The notes below the pieces were generated by a model. The model had not been told where the DNA came from. It saw only the letters and a list, made by a program, of their open reading frames with translations, and did not search any database. Of a stretch of DNA of 64,000 nucleotides, positions 47,954 to 63,000 are shown in pieces. Both the position numbers and the translations under genes were made by a program. The first letter of the stretch is position 1. Every line of letters starts with the position of its first letter. Origin of the DNA: Leptogorgia sarmentosa (taxonomy: Eukaryota); contig OZ210885.1 in the NCBI GenBank assembly GCA_964658305.1, positions 11,780,001-11,844,000 on the forward strand. The letters are read 5' to 3'.

Positions 47954-48648
47954 CGACAGTTTGTCTTTAACCTCATTTAATCTATTAACAACTTTTTTAC
48001 ACGGAAATTAAACTTTTTTCTGCGCCACCCGGTACAACGCCACAACAACCTCCCCAGCCCACCCCTTGCAAACGTTTGATGTTTTTGTCACGTTCTTGCA
48101 TGTCCTACATGCTTAAGGTCGCTATTATCCCTGTCATGTAGTAAGTACTACATCTGGTATTATCACCCCTAACCTGGCAGAAATACAGGGAGACACAGTA
48201 TATGTCTGGAAAATATACTCAAACTGTCATCACGCAATGTCTCTATTTATTTAAAAAAAAAAATCAATGCATCATCAATAAAAATTTTACTTACATATTC
48301 CCATCATCATTCCTATCATCCACATCGTTCACCTGTTGAGACGCAAATAATTTAAATCAACGAAAGATCAATTTTTGCGAGTGTATAAGATTTACCGCGT
48401 GATTTTAATGACGATGCAATGCAGGCGTGACCGCCATAACAAGTACGATTGTACTATTGGACCAGGAACTGGTCCTGAAACAAAGCAAATGGCACGATTT
48501 CATTTTGACGTATTTTGACACACGCAACATTAACGCAACTTATTTGTCCCTAATACACGATCTTGCATGTATGTAATGGTTTACTGCTATAGGGAATAAG
48601 CGAATAACGCAAATACTAATTCCTTCAGTTAATTATTCAGCTAATTAA

Positions 48649-49783
48649 ATATTCCATGATCACAATGACACCGCGGGTCCGCGGGCAGTCCAAACATGTA
48701 CAAATGTGTCAGTGCCGACACGCTTTACTTGTAAAGGAAGCTCATATAACTATCAGGCAGTAATCAATGCTTGAAATTATATTATATATTTACCTGCTCA
48801 GATTCTTCACCTTCGACGATAGTTCTTTGAAATAAGGAAAAACACTTTAGCGTGCCTTTTATCGTACCGATCAGAAGGGACATTTTTCCGAAATCTTTGT
48901 TTACTGAACTAACCTTGCCTCAGGCGGTAAACCCGCCATGAGTAATCTACCATTATCTGAGCCATCAAGCAGTGATGATCTGCCTCTTAATACTTGTTGC
49001 TCGTTTCTCTCTCTCAGAAAATGTCTTCTTTCAGACGCTAAAATGGCAGGACATACAAACGTGCTACATGAAGATTGCACAACATAGTGATTCTAAAACA
49101 AAGTATCGTATCAAATCACGCATAATTTGCATGAAACACATGCATTGCCTTAATTATTTTACTTTCTCCTGTCAAATTCTGCCATCGTTCTGTTTGACCA
49201 GAACTTAAAAATTGTAATTCGTACCTCATTTTCCCCCTGCAGCTGAACAAGTTTAGCCGCGAGACGCTTGCATTCAATCTCAGCCTAAAAATAAAACGTG
49301 TATATTATATATTTAGTTGAGTGAAACATTTCTTAAGATCCAGGACTCGTGCCGGTCAAAAACAGAAAAGACTGAAGCAAAATATTTTGATAAATACTGC
49401 ATAGAAATCGACAGAAATATTCATGAGAATCTTTTGTGTTGTACACGTGGGCTTTCTAATAAATTGTGATCGATAAAAAGCAAATGCAGTGATTAACAAT
49501 TATTGGATGAGGTTTCTGTGATATGCGGAATTATCAAGGTCGAGGTAAGCGTTATCAGCCGAGCCGAAACCGAATTCAAAAATTATTTTATTATACATTT
49601 GAAGAATAACAAACAAAGTATTAATGCATGAAAAACTTCATTTATCAAAACATAGGCTCATTTTGTACATAATTAGTTATCTGCTAGCAGATAACTGGAT
49701 TTCCTGTGGGTTGCGTGATTGCGCGATTTAACTGTAAGCTCTTAGCCAATCAGATTGCTTTTACCATCTACAGTGTATAATAA
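48649..49783 (+). repeat. Dispersed 1.1-kb composite repeat, copy 2
   Basis: Near-identical to 6927-8045. Confidence 0.85.
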
Positions 49784-50184
49784 TCCACCTTGTCCCCTCT
49801 TTGTGCATTTTCCGCCACACACGTTTTTAAGTGATCAACATGCAAATAAATAAATGTAAAATATTCAATGCGAAATCCAAGCACGTAGGTTTCTCCTCGT
49901 GTTCTGGAGACACAAGTTTTATTGCCTATTAATTTTCAAGAAGATTGAAAATGATCACCGCAACCTTGTTGTATTATACAAACGTTCTATCGATTCTTTT
50001 TTCCGTAGATCCTAAAGATAATTACGAAAGAATTTTTTGACTGTTTAAAAATCTCCCACAGAACACTTGAATGAAAAAACACAGGACACACGAACGATCC
50101 ATCCAGTCACGTACTTCTTGCTCGTCAATTTCTTGCTGCATATTTTGCTCCGTCAATTTCTCTAAATAACGTAAGAAAAAGCAA

Positions 50185-52065
50185 TCTATAATACAAAAAA
50201 ACACGACTCAAAAACATGTCAGTGCTTTTTATCTTTTAATGTAATTGCTGCTCTTTAAATTCGATCTACTCACTCGCTCACACAAACTTAAGTGTTCTTT
50301 CTCGTATGAGTCGCATCTAGTACGAAGTTCATCCCGATCTATAAATAATAGTGAAATTTGTAAAGAATAAATCGACTTTTGAAAAAAGAAAGAAAACAAA
50401 ACAAACAATCCAGTAGTAGGAAGAGTTTCAACACGAACAATAACATCTTGGCAAGACGAATCTCTCGAGATAGCCATAACGCGAAGAAATTTTTCAAAGA
50501 ATACAAATCTGATTAGCCTTTTAGACTTTAGTGTAAAGCGTCTACGGTAAATAGCATATAGCAATAGACGCTAATTTCTGAAAACTAAATATCAAATTTC
50601 GCTGAAGACGCTTGTTGGAGCCTTGGGCCAATGGCACTTAAGCATCACGACGACGTCAATGTTAGCTGTCATTGTGATTGGGTCATGAGATTGATGAGAA
50701 TGATTTTCGCATTTGATAATAAATCCCCCATATACTGTATGTTCAGGAATCAAAAGTAGTTCTTTGGAGGACATAGCAGGAGTTTTTGATAGCTAATATA
50801 CAAGAGCTCAGTCTTTAAAAACAATATGTTTCAATGTTTTGACAAAGCACGTTTTACACTCACATGTATGGCTGAACTAATGCTGTATATAGTGTAACAA
50901 GAGAGGCTTGAGGGACGAATGGTTTAATTCTCCTCAATACTCCTATACCAGCACAATTCTTTTTACATATTTTTTCAATATAAGTATGGAACGTTAAACT
51001 ATCATCAAGGTCAACACCTGACATTTATTCGACACAACAGATGATACTGGGTTATTATTCATAAAAATACTGGGATCCAAGTCACCAATCTTATTTATCA
51101 AATTTTGTTTTGATCCAATTATCATAAGTTTGGTCTTAGAAGGGTGGGATTGGAGTTTATTAACATTTAACCAAATCGTGACGTTCTCTAAGTCAATCTT
51201 AATATCATTGGCCAATTCGTCAAAGTCATACGAAGCGGCAAAAACTTGCGTATCATCGGCATATAAACATGGTGTTGTATTCCTAAGGCAATTTGGTAAG
51301 TCGTTGATATAAATCAAAAACAACAACGGGCCAAGTATTGACCCTTGGGGGAACCCCACAAATTATTTCCTTTTTTCCAGAAATAAAGCCATTAACTTGG
51401 CACTGTTGTTGCCGATTCGCAAGATAAGAAAGGAACCATGTATATTCAATTTGTGACACACCATAATAGGCTAACTTTTCAAGCAATATTTCGTGGTCTA
51501 TAGAGTTGAAAGCTTTACGAATGTCAATGAAAACCACCCCTGTCAATTTACCATTGTCCATATTTTCGTACCAGTTATCACACATTTGATATATATCCAC
51601 GTATAACATGTGCATTTATATTTAATAAAGCACCGATCGTTCTACATGTGTTGTTAGATTATTGAAAGTTTGTGCACGATGGCGTTTCAACATGAGGCTG
51701 AATGGATAATACATTAAAAAACGTACGACAGTTTTTTTCGTGTGGCGAAGGACATGAGCTTCATCTCGTAACTCTCGAGATTCTTGAGCCATACTTTGAA
51801 GTTGTGCTATCTATAATACAAAAAAACACGACTCAAAAACATGTCAGTGCTTTTTATGTTTTAATGTAATTGCTGTTCTTTAAATTCGATCTACTCACTC
51901 GCTCACACAAACTTAAGTGTTCTTTCTCGTATGAGTCGCATCTAGTACGAAGTTCATCCCGATCCATAAATAATAGTGAAATTTGTAAAGAAAAAACCGA
52001 CTCTTGAAAAAAGAAAGAAAACAAAACAAACAATCCAGTAGTAGGAAGAGTTTCAACACGAACAT
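50185..52065. repeat. Direct repeat pair of about 250 bp (about 50185-50440 and 51810-52065)
   Basis: AAAAAAACACGACTCAAAAACATGTCAGTGC...GTTTCAACACGAACA present twice. Confidence 0.8.
50880..51590 (-). mobile_element. L2/CR1 reverse-transcriptase fragment
   Basis: FIDIRKAFNSIDH, G.PQGSILGPLLFLIYINDL, YADD; frameshifted. Confidence 0.88.
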
Positions 52066-53158
52066 ACTTGACTCAAGAGCGCAGTTCTCTTCCTTTAGTT
52101 GTTCCACCTCTTCCCTTAATTGTTCCGCCTCTAGTCGAAGCCTGAAACATTCATCAGGATCTCTGCAGGCTGAGTTCAGTAGTTTAGCTGCCAGGGACTG
52201 TAGTATCTTCATATCTCTGGTTTTATACAAGCAAGCATTTCAAACGCTTCTTCAAAACTTTCCAGTAGTTACTGCATACCGTAAACACATTGTTTATTGG
52301 ACAACATAGAACCATAGAACTTAATTATACTATAGTCTTAAAATGTAATGCAATGTTAATGCAACAATGGCGGGCTCAACTTGCTTTGCCCTGCATCGCA
52401 CTTGTGCTTTACTGCAGTGTATAGTCCACTTAAAGAAAAAGATTTATAAATTTTTAAAGCAGTTTACGAACCCATGTTGGCTGTTATGAGTTCTTAACCG
52501 TTTTTTAAGAACTCGCACTTTTAGTTCATCATTTTCCGCTTCGAGAATAGAGTTGTTCTCTCTCTCAACAATGATAACTACATTGTAAGAATTAAAACAA
52601 ATTTATATGTATACCTACAAGCCATCACTTTTCTTTTATTATTTCTTTTCTTTATTTCATTATTCCATCTTGTTCATGACATCTTTGCGAGATGTCTTCG
52701 TTTTCTTGAATTGATAAATTCAATCGATGCTGAAAAAATACACATAATTACACGGTTGAATTGTACTGTATCTCCTAATATTTTCCATTTAGTCCATTTT
52801 TTACTACACATACACAGTTACAGTTGCAGTGTGTTTAAAAACAATCCTGTATCTCTAGATCTTGAAATGCATCATAATAAATATCAACAGGACTTGAAAC
52901 ATCCCCATTTTGTAACTACACCAACAAAAAAATGTTCACATTAATTTTTCTGTTCATTTTTCAATACATAATTGAGACGCTGCACAATATACCTCTTGAA
53001 TGGCATCCATGATTACTTCTTGCACGTCATCTGCAAGTTTCATGATTTTTGTTATGAATTCTAATTCAAGAACCAAAGGAACTTTACATGGAAATGTAAT
53101 GAAATGGAAAGAAAATTGAATATTTACTTACAAGCCAAATTAAAAAAAAGGCCAGAGC

Positions 53159-54689
53159 CAGGGGCGTAGCGAAGGCTATGTGATTGGGGGGGTACGTGCC
53201 TCAAGTTTGCCGACAAAATGGGCGTGGCGTAGGTGTGGTTTGGGCGTGGTTTTCGAAATGCGTTAATTTTTTATAAGAATTGTCAGATAAAAATTCTTTG
53301 ACTTTTTAATATCTAATAAGATATTTTCTATTTACACGTTGTGTCGATATTAGAGTAAGTTCTGGACAAGTTTTGAGCAAGCCAAACGTTGCACAAACAA
53401 AATAAATTACATAGAACAGATAACCACTAGTAACTAAATAGTTCTTTGTCAACAAAATAATTATGTGCAATTCCGATTAAACGTCAGCGATAGCAATTCT
53501 CCTTGTTTTCAAACTAGCCCATCCGGTGGCTAGATCATGGACAGGTATGTCATCCGTAATGTCCTTTTCACAAGTCATTAACATGAGTTCTTCTAATCTC
53601 TCGTCGCTGGTCCTTGATCTGCACAGGTTTTTCACAATTTTTAACTTACTAAAAGTCCTTTCATCCTTCGCAACAGTCACAGGAGCAGTTAATGCTGAGC
53701 GGAATGCTTTGTTGGTCAGCGGGAATACCGATTTCATTCCCTCTGCTTTTTTGGCGGCACTGGAAATATCTTTAACATCCGCGTTTGTCGTTTGAAGATG
53801 CAAACTAAAGGTCTCTACTAATGTCTGCATTAGAGCATCAGGATCTGGTCTATCTTTATCAGGATGAAACTTCGCCAGTTCTTCAAAGGTTTCAACTGAG
53901 GATGGTTCTGTACCGGGATGTAGGGTTTCGAGTAGAGGTTTAATTTTAGCAGCACAGTTTTCCAAGACATCCGTAAACGTGTTGATCTGCGTGTCCAGGA
54001 CGGCCTTGAATTCTTTGCGATAAAACGACTCCACGTTTAAACTTGCGGTGGTATTGGGATTGTCGTCAATTCTTCGTGGAGGCTTTCTTTGGCTATGATG
54101 TCGTCGAAAATCGCTGTCAACATCTGTTCCAACCTTCTCGGCAAATGATGAAGCCGCTTGGATCTCTGCATTCATTCCTTCGATGTCATTACTAACGTTT
54201 TCCAGGCTCTTTACTGTCGATTCCATGATGAGAATGGCATCCATCACGTTGAGGTCTTCACTTTGAAGTGTTTCTGTCATTTGCTTAGTCTTGTACATAA
54301 TGTTCTTCATGAACATGATTGACACAATGAAATCAAGGCGCAGCAACTTGGAACGTAAACCACAAGCAGAGGAAGCAGTACCGTCGTCCCTCGACTCCTC
54401 TAGCTTGGAAAGGCTGTCTAGAATGGCTTCGTAGCTGGTCCATACTGACTTTGATTCGGCCCGAGCTGCCCAACGAGTTCTGGAGAGATTTCGAAGGTTA
54501 AGTGGGTTGTCTAATTCCATCGACTGAATCGACTATAGACAAATTTAAAAATTGTCCAACATTTTTCTAATTATCTGCGTAAGACCTATCTCTCGCCTTA
54601 AATTTGCCGACAGAAGTGCAATTTGTGCCGACAGAGACAACATTGGGGGGGGGCCGGTACCCCCTGACCGCCCCTTCGCTACGCCCCTG
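53159..54689 (-). mobile_element. Internally deleted hAT element carrying a 347-aa transposase C-terminal ORF (53477-54520)
   Basis: Perfect 17-bp TIR CAGGGGCGTAGCGAAGG; exact 8-bp TSD GCCAGAGC; TRW motif and dimerisation-domain TAPVTVAKDERTFSKLK..K...RS. Confidence 0.92.
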
Positions 54690-55119
54690 GCCAGAGCAGC
54701 AACAAGTACATTCTAGCTCAGGAAAAGACAAAGATAAATGGCTAATATATTAACTGGTATAGTGGAGTATGAGACAGCGCCTTTATTACTTGCAGAGAAG
54801 AAACGATGTGTAGTCAAAGTTTTACCACGATGAATCTGGCCATCGGGCCTTATGAGCATCGCTCATGAGCAGTTTTGAGCATTTGTGAGCGATGCTCGAA
54901 ATCGCTCATTTCCATATGAGCACATGCTCATATGCTGATAACTGCTCCTAAGCACATGCTCATATGCTCAAATAAAAGTGCGGTAGTGCTCAATAACAAG
55001 GCATTTTTACACAGTCCTTGCTAGCGGAATGAGCTGCAAATTCTGCGGGAAAGCATTTAATCGAGGTTTTAATCTACGTCGACACGAAAACATGTACTGT
55101 CCATTAAAGGATCAAGAGA

Positions 55120-55412
55120 GTGAAATGTCAGAAACAGACGGTCAGACAACGGAATCGGAAGATGATTTGTCGACTGCTTGAACTCATGGTTCTGAAAGTC
55201 CGGTGACAACAGACGACGAAACTGAGGAGGAAGAAAATGATCCTTGGATGCCAATGGTAGAAGAAACAATGCAAAAGTATAAAACGGCTTTTAAGGAAAT
55301 GGAGACGAATTTGATACATAGTGGCTTGGATGAACGATCAGCTAGACAAAAAGCTTACTCCGAATTCCTGCCTAAGCTCCAAAATGAGTTGGAAAGTATC
55401 TATATGAATCGT
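55120..55412 (+). pseudogene. Acidic coding fragment, possibly Polinton/Maverick-associated
   Basis: EEEENDPWMPMVEE...AYSEFLPKLQNELESIYMNRL; family recalled, not verified. Confidence 0.3.
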
Positions 55413-55645
55413 CTTATCCCTGCATAAATTAATGCTAACCACTGTCTCAATCAATTAACGACTTGCATACTAATTACTTCCGCCGCCAGATGTACCCGAA
55501 AACCTACTTATGTTGCGCTAGTCCTAGGCAATATCATTACAATTTTTTACAAATAAAAATTAAATATAATACATAATTAAATTGTAGTTTACAATTTTTT
55601 TTGAAGAATACAATTTAAATTGTAGTTTAAGATTTGGGGGAAATC

Positions 55646-56050
55646 AATTATTATTATTATTATTATTATTTAATCATATTTTACAACGATAAACCCTTCA
55701 GTGAATTACAACTGATTTTCAAGGGGCCGTTGCTAACTAGAAAAATTTTTTGCATCATACATATACGAAGGATACTAAACTTACTTTACACACTAAAAAT
55801 TGATTCTAAAAATACAAATGTTATGCAAGGTAAACTATTTACAAGATCATTCTTCTATGGTTTTGAGAATAGCCCTAAACTGACTGATTGATGTTGCTTC
55901 TTTTGCACACTTTGGCAAATCGTTCCAAAGCGCAGCACCTGAATAGCTAAAGCTTTTTTTCAAATAATTCGTATTCGGTTTTGGGATTAAAAAATCTAAT
56001 TCGTTACTGCGAAGGTTGTAGTTTTGGTTGTTGCTGATATAGTTGATACA
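55646..56050 (-). mobile_element. 3' end of an L2/CR1 LINE with (AAT)n tail
   Basis: YNLRSN...IPKPNTNYLKKSFSYSGAALWNDLP, then a UTR and (ATT)n at about 55646-55670. Confidence 0.85.
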
Positions 56051-57059
56051 TTGCGGTAGATCGACAAATAAAGTTGAGTTGCACCGAAATCGTATACTAT
56101 TTACTAGTAATATTTTAAGACAGCCAAATTTTCTATTACTCGAATTTGACACGATGCGCGTGCGCGGCGGCCATACTGTATCAGATTTCTGGCCATGAAA
56201 TACAACTTGTATATTTTGTTGGTATCGGCTACTTTCGATACCAAATGATTGCAAAATTTTAACATTACTATTAGACGTAAATGCCAATTTCAACAAATAA
56301 GTCTTTAATTAACTTTCCTTTTACAAATTATATTGTTCAGGAATAGAAGTGTGTTAATGTTTGAGGGCTTTAGGTTCGACCTTTTCTTTGAAACCAGTTC
56401 ACCAGCTTTTGAAAATGCTCTTTCTAATGGAACAGATTTTGCGAGGATTCAATCTTGTTTGGGGAGGCACATTATTGTTTGCCCGACAGGACCAGAGGAC
56501 CTGTGGAACGACATTTGAAGTGGGGGGAGGGGGTCTGACAGATAAGGGCGGCCGAAGCTCACGAGGCGCCACCATGGTTGGCGCCGAGCGAGAAAATTTT
56601 AAAAATTTTGGTCTCTAGATCGTCAGAAATGGCATTTTCAAGGTGTCATATTATACCTCTTTCGTTATGTAATACATATTCGATCTGAAATACTTGAGCT
56701 TTGGAATTAGAATACTTCATATATGATGTTTTAGAGGATAATGATTTTCATCGTATTGTTGATGTTACATTGTCTAATAAAGTTAATATTCTATCAACTA
56801 TGATGGAGTAATGTTTGCCCGAACGATTCGAGCTCAATTGCCCGACCGTGAACGGTTTGGGGGGGCACAGTCCGTGCCCCCCCCCCCTCCGGCCCGTACG
56901 CCCCCCACCCCCGGCCCAACTATCTCTCTTTATTCCCCTTCCGGATTGATTCCAGTACAAATTTGATCCTGTAGGCTAAATCATAATCACTTGCAATGAA
57001 ATGAAAGTTTTATTTTTTTATAAAAGAGAACGGATTTACAAAATGTGATAGCTGTACAT

Positions 57060-60000
57060 TGTAGAAAACCTTACGCGGCCTGTTCGCGGGCTGTTGCGTC
57101 AGGCCACCTGTTCGCAGGTTAAAGGCAGGAAAAAACGTGGCGAGAACGTTTTAAGACGGTTTAATACTTTTTATATGGTTATGCAGCCCTTTGTGGCGAT
57201 TTGAACACAAAATTGTTGATATTAAATTAAAATCACATAAAACTGATGAGCAGTGAGTGACTATCTAGTGTCGCAGGGGCAAGGGAAAGCGTGAGAGGCC
57301 AAAATACAAGAGAATTCCCCACACTAGAAGTGGCGACCCGAGGCAGGATTTCGAAACTGTGAGTGATTTACTGGGTAATTTGTCTACTGGGACGGCGAAT
57401 TTTACACTTTATCCGCCGTATTTATCATTGGTAACTTTAACTGGGTCTTTTATCAACTCCTTTACGTGAATTTCGGACAGCGTTGTACGATTCGTTTACA
57501 GAGATTTGGAATATATTATTGCTTGCGTAGCGTGCGTTGCTTTACATTTCAATTTGGATATTTCAATACACATTCAGAATATCTATTGTGGATTGTGGCT
57601 GAATCGTCTTTATCTTGGGTATATTTATAGTGGCAAGTACACGGGAAAATTAACAGATTTATTTGGTTATAACAACTATTTTGGGAGAATTCATACTGAA
57701 TTTGAGGATTGTCTAGACCTTATATAGTAAACTTACCTTAGGAAATCGGTCACGTGACAGCATTAATTGTCGACAGTATGGCAACAGAGGCAAAATTCAA
57801 AACACTGTTAGCAGTGTCAGAACTAAGGCTTAAAGAAATTGAAGAGTTTATTGGGAGTGAAGATATTGATGATGTCAAAAGTGCTTACGAACAGATCGAT
57901 GAATTAATCAAGCGGCTGGAAAAGGCAAAAAATGACACCATTGAATACCTTGTGGAGCAGGGAAATGATCTTGAATTCATGACGACCTGGGCAGGGACGC
58001 AGAAAGGAGTTTTAACGCCTTTCAGAGATGCCCGTGCAAAAATAAAGAAGCAGATGGAAAAAATCACCGATAAGGAAGCTCAAGAAAAGCTAGAGAGAGA
58101 ATTACACATACAACAACGAGTAAATGAGGAACAGATGAGATTCCAACATCAGCAACAAAAAGAGAGAGAAGAGGCCGCATTTAGACAGCAACAACGAGAA
58201 CAAGAATGGTACATGCAAAAGATGGAGATGGAGAAACGGATGCAGGCGAGCCTACCTAACGTAACACAGGAAGCGACAGCTCAGCCGTCGACCCAAAGTG
58301 TGAAACTCCAAAAGTATACAATAACCCCTTTCTTCGGGGACTACAAGGATTGGCTGCGCTTTTGGAATCAATTCACTGTCGAAGTTGATGGATCGGGCAT
58401 ATCTGAGATAAGTAAACTTAACTACCCCTGTTGGAGCTTGTCAAAGGAAAACCCAAGGAGGACATTTTGGGATTACCACACTCCGTGGAAGGATACAAGG
58501 AGGCAAAACGTATTCTCGAACAGACTTACGGTAAAGAGGCTAAGGTACACAAGGCGTTGATTAAGGAATTGGAGGGATTATCAGCAATAACCAGCATCCA
58601 CAAGATAAGTAATATCCATGAATTCTATAATAAGCTAGCTCGGGTTGTGCGAACTCTGGTAACAATGAAGAAACTCGAGACTGCGCAAAGCTGTGTATAC
58701 ACATTAATGGATAAACTTGGACCCGTCAGAGAAATACTGGTGCAGAAAGATGACAATTGGGAGGAATGGGGTTTAGAAGAGTTGACCGAGAATTTACGAC
58801 GATATGTCGAAAGGAATCCGTTACGTGAGGAGGAGACTAACGTTGGGAAACCTGATGGTGGTTTGAAGCCTTCATTACGAAGAAGGGAAACGTTGCTTTT
58901 TGGGAGGGGTAGTGAAGTGCCAGCAAGGCGTAAATTTTCCTGTGTGTACTGCCATTCAACCGAGCATTTCAGCACTAACTGTACGAAGGTGCTAAATGTG
59001 GAATCTCGGAAGTCTATATTGCGTCAAAATAACATGTGTTTTAACTGCACTGGGACAGGACATGTTGCAGCTGAATGCAAGTCACGGGGGTGCAAAAAAT
59101 GTCAGAGGAAGCACCACACATCCTTGTGCGAAGAAAAAGATGCTACGCTTGATCCTGCGCGAAGTTCAAAAGCGGAGAAAGGAATGAGTTCGCATATCGA
59201 AAAAACGACGACACTACATGGAACCGTTCTTGCGAAGATCGGGACACAAACGGTTCGAGTAATGTTCGACACCGGCGCTGGTAGCTCATACGTTTGTACC
59301 GATGTGATCGCAAAGCAGAGGCTGAAGCCAGTACGAAAAGAGCGTCGGTGCATTGAGCAGATGTTTGGGACAATGCAAAGGGATGTTGAAATTTACAATG
59401 TTCGAATTGAATCGAAAGCCGTCGAAGGGTTTTCGTTGGAAGTGAAATGTATCAACGCTGAGAAGGATGTATTGACTTACTTGCCTAACCCGAATGTTAA
59501 GAAACTGAAACAAGGGTTTCCGCGCCTTAGAAGGCTTCGTTTTAGCGAAGAGGAAACGAAAGGTGAATTGATGCCAGTTCACATTATTCTTGGAGCAGCT
59601 GATTACCAGAGAGTTCGAACGACCGCGCCACCAGTTCTTGGAAATGATCCAGATAAAGACCCGGGAGCGGAATTCACAAAGCTCGGTTGGACTATGTACG
59701 GACAACATGTAGAAGCGGAAGGTTCGGTTGATAAGCAATTCTTCTTGCAGTCAGGTACTGAGGAGTTTGCAAAGCTGTGCAATCTCGATATCCTTGGGGT
59801 AGCTGATGCCAAATCGGAAAATACCCAGATCCATGAAGAATTTCTTGAACAGTTGACAAGAAATGAACACGGACATTATGAGACGAGACTGCCTTGGAAG
59901 GAAGACCAAGTCCCACTCCCCATGAACCGAAACCTGTCGAAAGCTAGATTGGAAGGCACCGTGAAGAAGTTGGAGCGTACGGGGAAATTGCAAGAGTACG

Positions 60001-63000
60001 ACCGAATAATGCGTGAGCAGATCGAGGAAGGCATCATAGAGCCCGTGCCGGAGAATTCTACGGGGGAGAAAGTTCATTATGTACCCCATCAGGCGGTCGT
60101 TCGAGAGAAGGCACAGACCACAAAGATGAGGATAGTTTATGACTGTTCTGCGAAACCTAACGCCGAAAGCCCATCTTTGAACGATTGTTTGAAAACGGGA
60201 CCTCCACTGCAACCGTTGCTGTTCGACATATTGATCCGAAATCGGTTCAGAAAATTCTGTGTTTCTGGGGACATTCAAAAGGCATTTTTGCAAATTTGGG
60301 TGCATGAAAAGGATCGAGACGCGCAACAAATCCTATCGTACAACAACTTGGAAGAACGGAACGTGACGGATTACCGGTTTACGCGTGTGATTTTTGGAGC
60401 TACATCGAGTCCATACATCCTTGGGGCTACACTGCAAAAACATGTGTCCGGGTACGAAAGCCTATATCCTGAAACCACCAAATCCTTACTCGAAGACACT
60501 TACGTCGACGACATTCAAGGAGGCGGGGACAGCGCGGAGCAAGCCGTTGCCTTCAAAGCAGAGTCGGACAAAATCCTATCGGAGGCGAGTTTTCCATTGC
60601 ACAAATGGCACAGTAACGTGGAGTCGCTGGATTCAGCTGAACGGGGCGATGATGAACAGACGTACGCCGAAAGCTCGGTTGGTAATAAGCGAAGCAACGA
60701 AACAAAGATCCTTGGGGTCCCATGGAACAAGAAAAAGGATACATTCTCGGTCAGTTTAGAAACTATCGCTGATTTCAGCGGTCCCTTAACTAAAAGAAAA
60801 ATAATATCGGCTGTCAACAGCATTTACGACGTACTTGGATGGACTGCTCCAGTTACTATAACAGCGAAGATCATTTTCGGGGAAATTTGCCTTCTCAAAC
60901 TACACTGGGACGAAGAAGTGCCAGAGGAAATCGCGAAGAAATGGAAAACGTGGGGGAAAGGGCTCAAAAATGCACCGACTGTAACTGTTCCCCGTTGTGT
61001 GGCAACAATTGGTCAAAGTCACTTTCGACTACACGGTTTTGCTGATGCTAGCAAACTTGCTGTTTGTGCAGTGATATATGTCGTCTCGTATCGTGGGGAG
61101 ACGCCGGTTGATCGGAACCTGTTGGTCGCGAAGTCGAGAGTGGCCCCAAAGAATTTAAGCATTCCAAGGCTCGAGTTGGTGGCGGCCCACACCTTAGCAA
61201 AACTTCAGAACAATGTCAAACACGCTCTGAGTTCCTTTCCTATTGCAAGTTTGCATAACTGGGTTGATAGTGTCACCGTCCTGTACTGGTTGTCTGACCA
61301 TGGTGAGTGGTCCACGTTCGTTCGGAATCGGGTGAAGAAGATAAAAGAGCTGACGAGTGCAACATGGAAATATGTGCCCACAACAGAGAACCCAAGCGAT
61401 CTCGGTACCCGAGGAACTAGTCCTGACAAACTGGGTGAGTCATGGTTCAAGGGACCAGAATGGCTTACGGATGGATCAGACGGCCCGGTTCAACCTGAAG
61501 TATCGGAGACACAGGAAGTCAAATTGGAGAGCGTGAAAGTAAAGTCAACTTCCGAAGCGATGTTTCTAGCGGAAGATGCAAGGGACGAGGAGCTCGAGGA
61601 CGTGAGAGAATGGGCTGACGAACTGCTTCACCGTATGTCCTACTGGAAACTATTGAGAGTGACGGCGTACGTGAAAAGATTTGCCGAGGGCTGTCGTAAA
61701 AACAAAAGAACCGGTCCGCTTACCAGGATGGACATGGCCGGAGCAGAAAAAGTTTGGGTCGGGGTCGCTCAAACATCGAACGAGATAAGAACGGAGATGA
61801 CGCTCGAGAAGGATGCTACGGGACTGGTTCGATGCGTTGGACGGATTCAAGGGTATCACCCCATATTCATTCCTAGAGAGTCAACGTTGGCAAGACGTCT
61901 CATAGAACATTGTCATCTACAAAGTTTGCATGGGGGAGTAGCAGCTACGATGTCCAAAGTCCGAGAGAAGTTTTGGATCCCTAAACTAAGATCGATTGTC
62001 AAGAGCGTAGTACACAAATGCAACCTCTGTAAGAGGTACAGAGTGAAAGTGATGGATCCGCCAATCACAGCTCCCCTGCCGAACTTTCGAACTGAATTTA
62101 CCGAGCCGTTCACCACAACCGGGGTGGATTTCGCTGGCCCGGTATATTACAAGATCGGAAAAGGCCAGACAAGGAAAGCATATATCGCATTGTTCACGTG
62201 TGCCGCCACAAGAGCGGTACACCTGAGCCTATGCAGAGAAATGACGCTTGCAGAATTCAAAAGAGTGATGAAGGGCTTCGTAGCGAGAAGGGGAACTCCA
62301 AGGCTGTTTGTCAGCGATAACGCCAGGACGTTTCAAGCGACGAAGAAATGGTTATCAACTTTGGCTAGGGATGAAGATCTTTTTAACTATTTGGCGATAA
62401 ACGATATTCAGTGGATATTCAACATGGCACGATCACCGTGGTGGGGCGGTTTCTTTCAAAGACTAATCGGAATCATGAAAATTAGCCTTTCGAAGACAAT
62501 TGGAAGGGCCTTGTTGAAATTCGAGGAGCTCGAGGAGGTGTTGCTGGATGTCGAAGTATTCATGAATAATCGGTCATTGTGCTATGTTGGTGAAGAATTC
62601 GAAGTCCCAGTCGTTACACCAAACATTTTGTTACACGGCCAACCAACCTGTTTTCTAGAGGAGAACACGGACGAGATAGGCGACGAGAAGGAAAAACTGT
62701 GCCGAAGATTACGATACATGAAGACCTGTAGACAGAACATTCGAAGGCGGTGGGTCAACGAATACCTCCACGCATTGCAGGAACGATTGGTAGCGAAGAA
62801 TCGTAGGAACAATCGAAGTAGCCCACGCAAAAATTCGGTAGTCCTGCTGAAGGATATGACCAAACACCGAGCGAAATGGAAGCTTGGAAAGGTAGTTGAC
62901 ACGATTGTTGGAAGGGACGGTATTATGCGAGGCTACAAGGTTAAAACAGGCAACGGTTATGTGATCGAGAGACCACTCCAGTTGGTTTGTGATCTCGAGA

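Noticed and set aside
58400..58560. Programmed ribosomal frameshift between the two BEL ORFs
   Set aside because: The break is in mid-Gag (LNY/LLELV), there is no slippery heptamer, and the other full-length BEL here is a single ORF.
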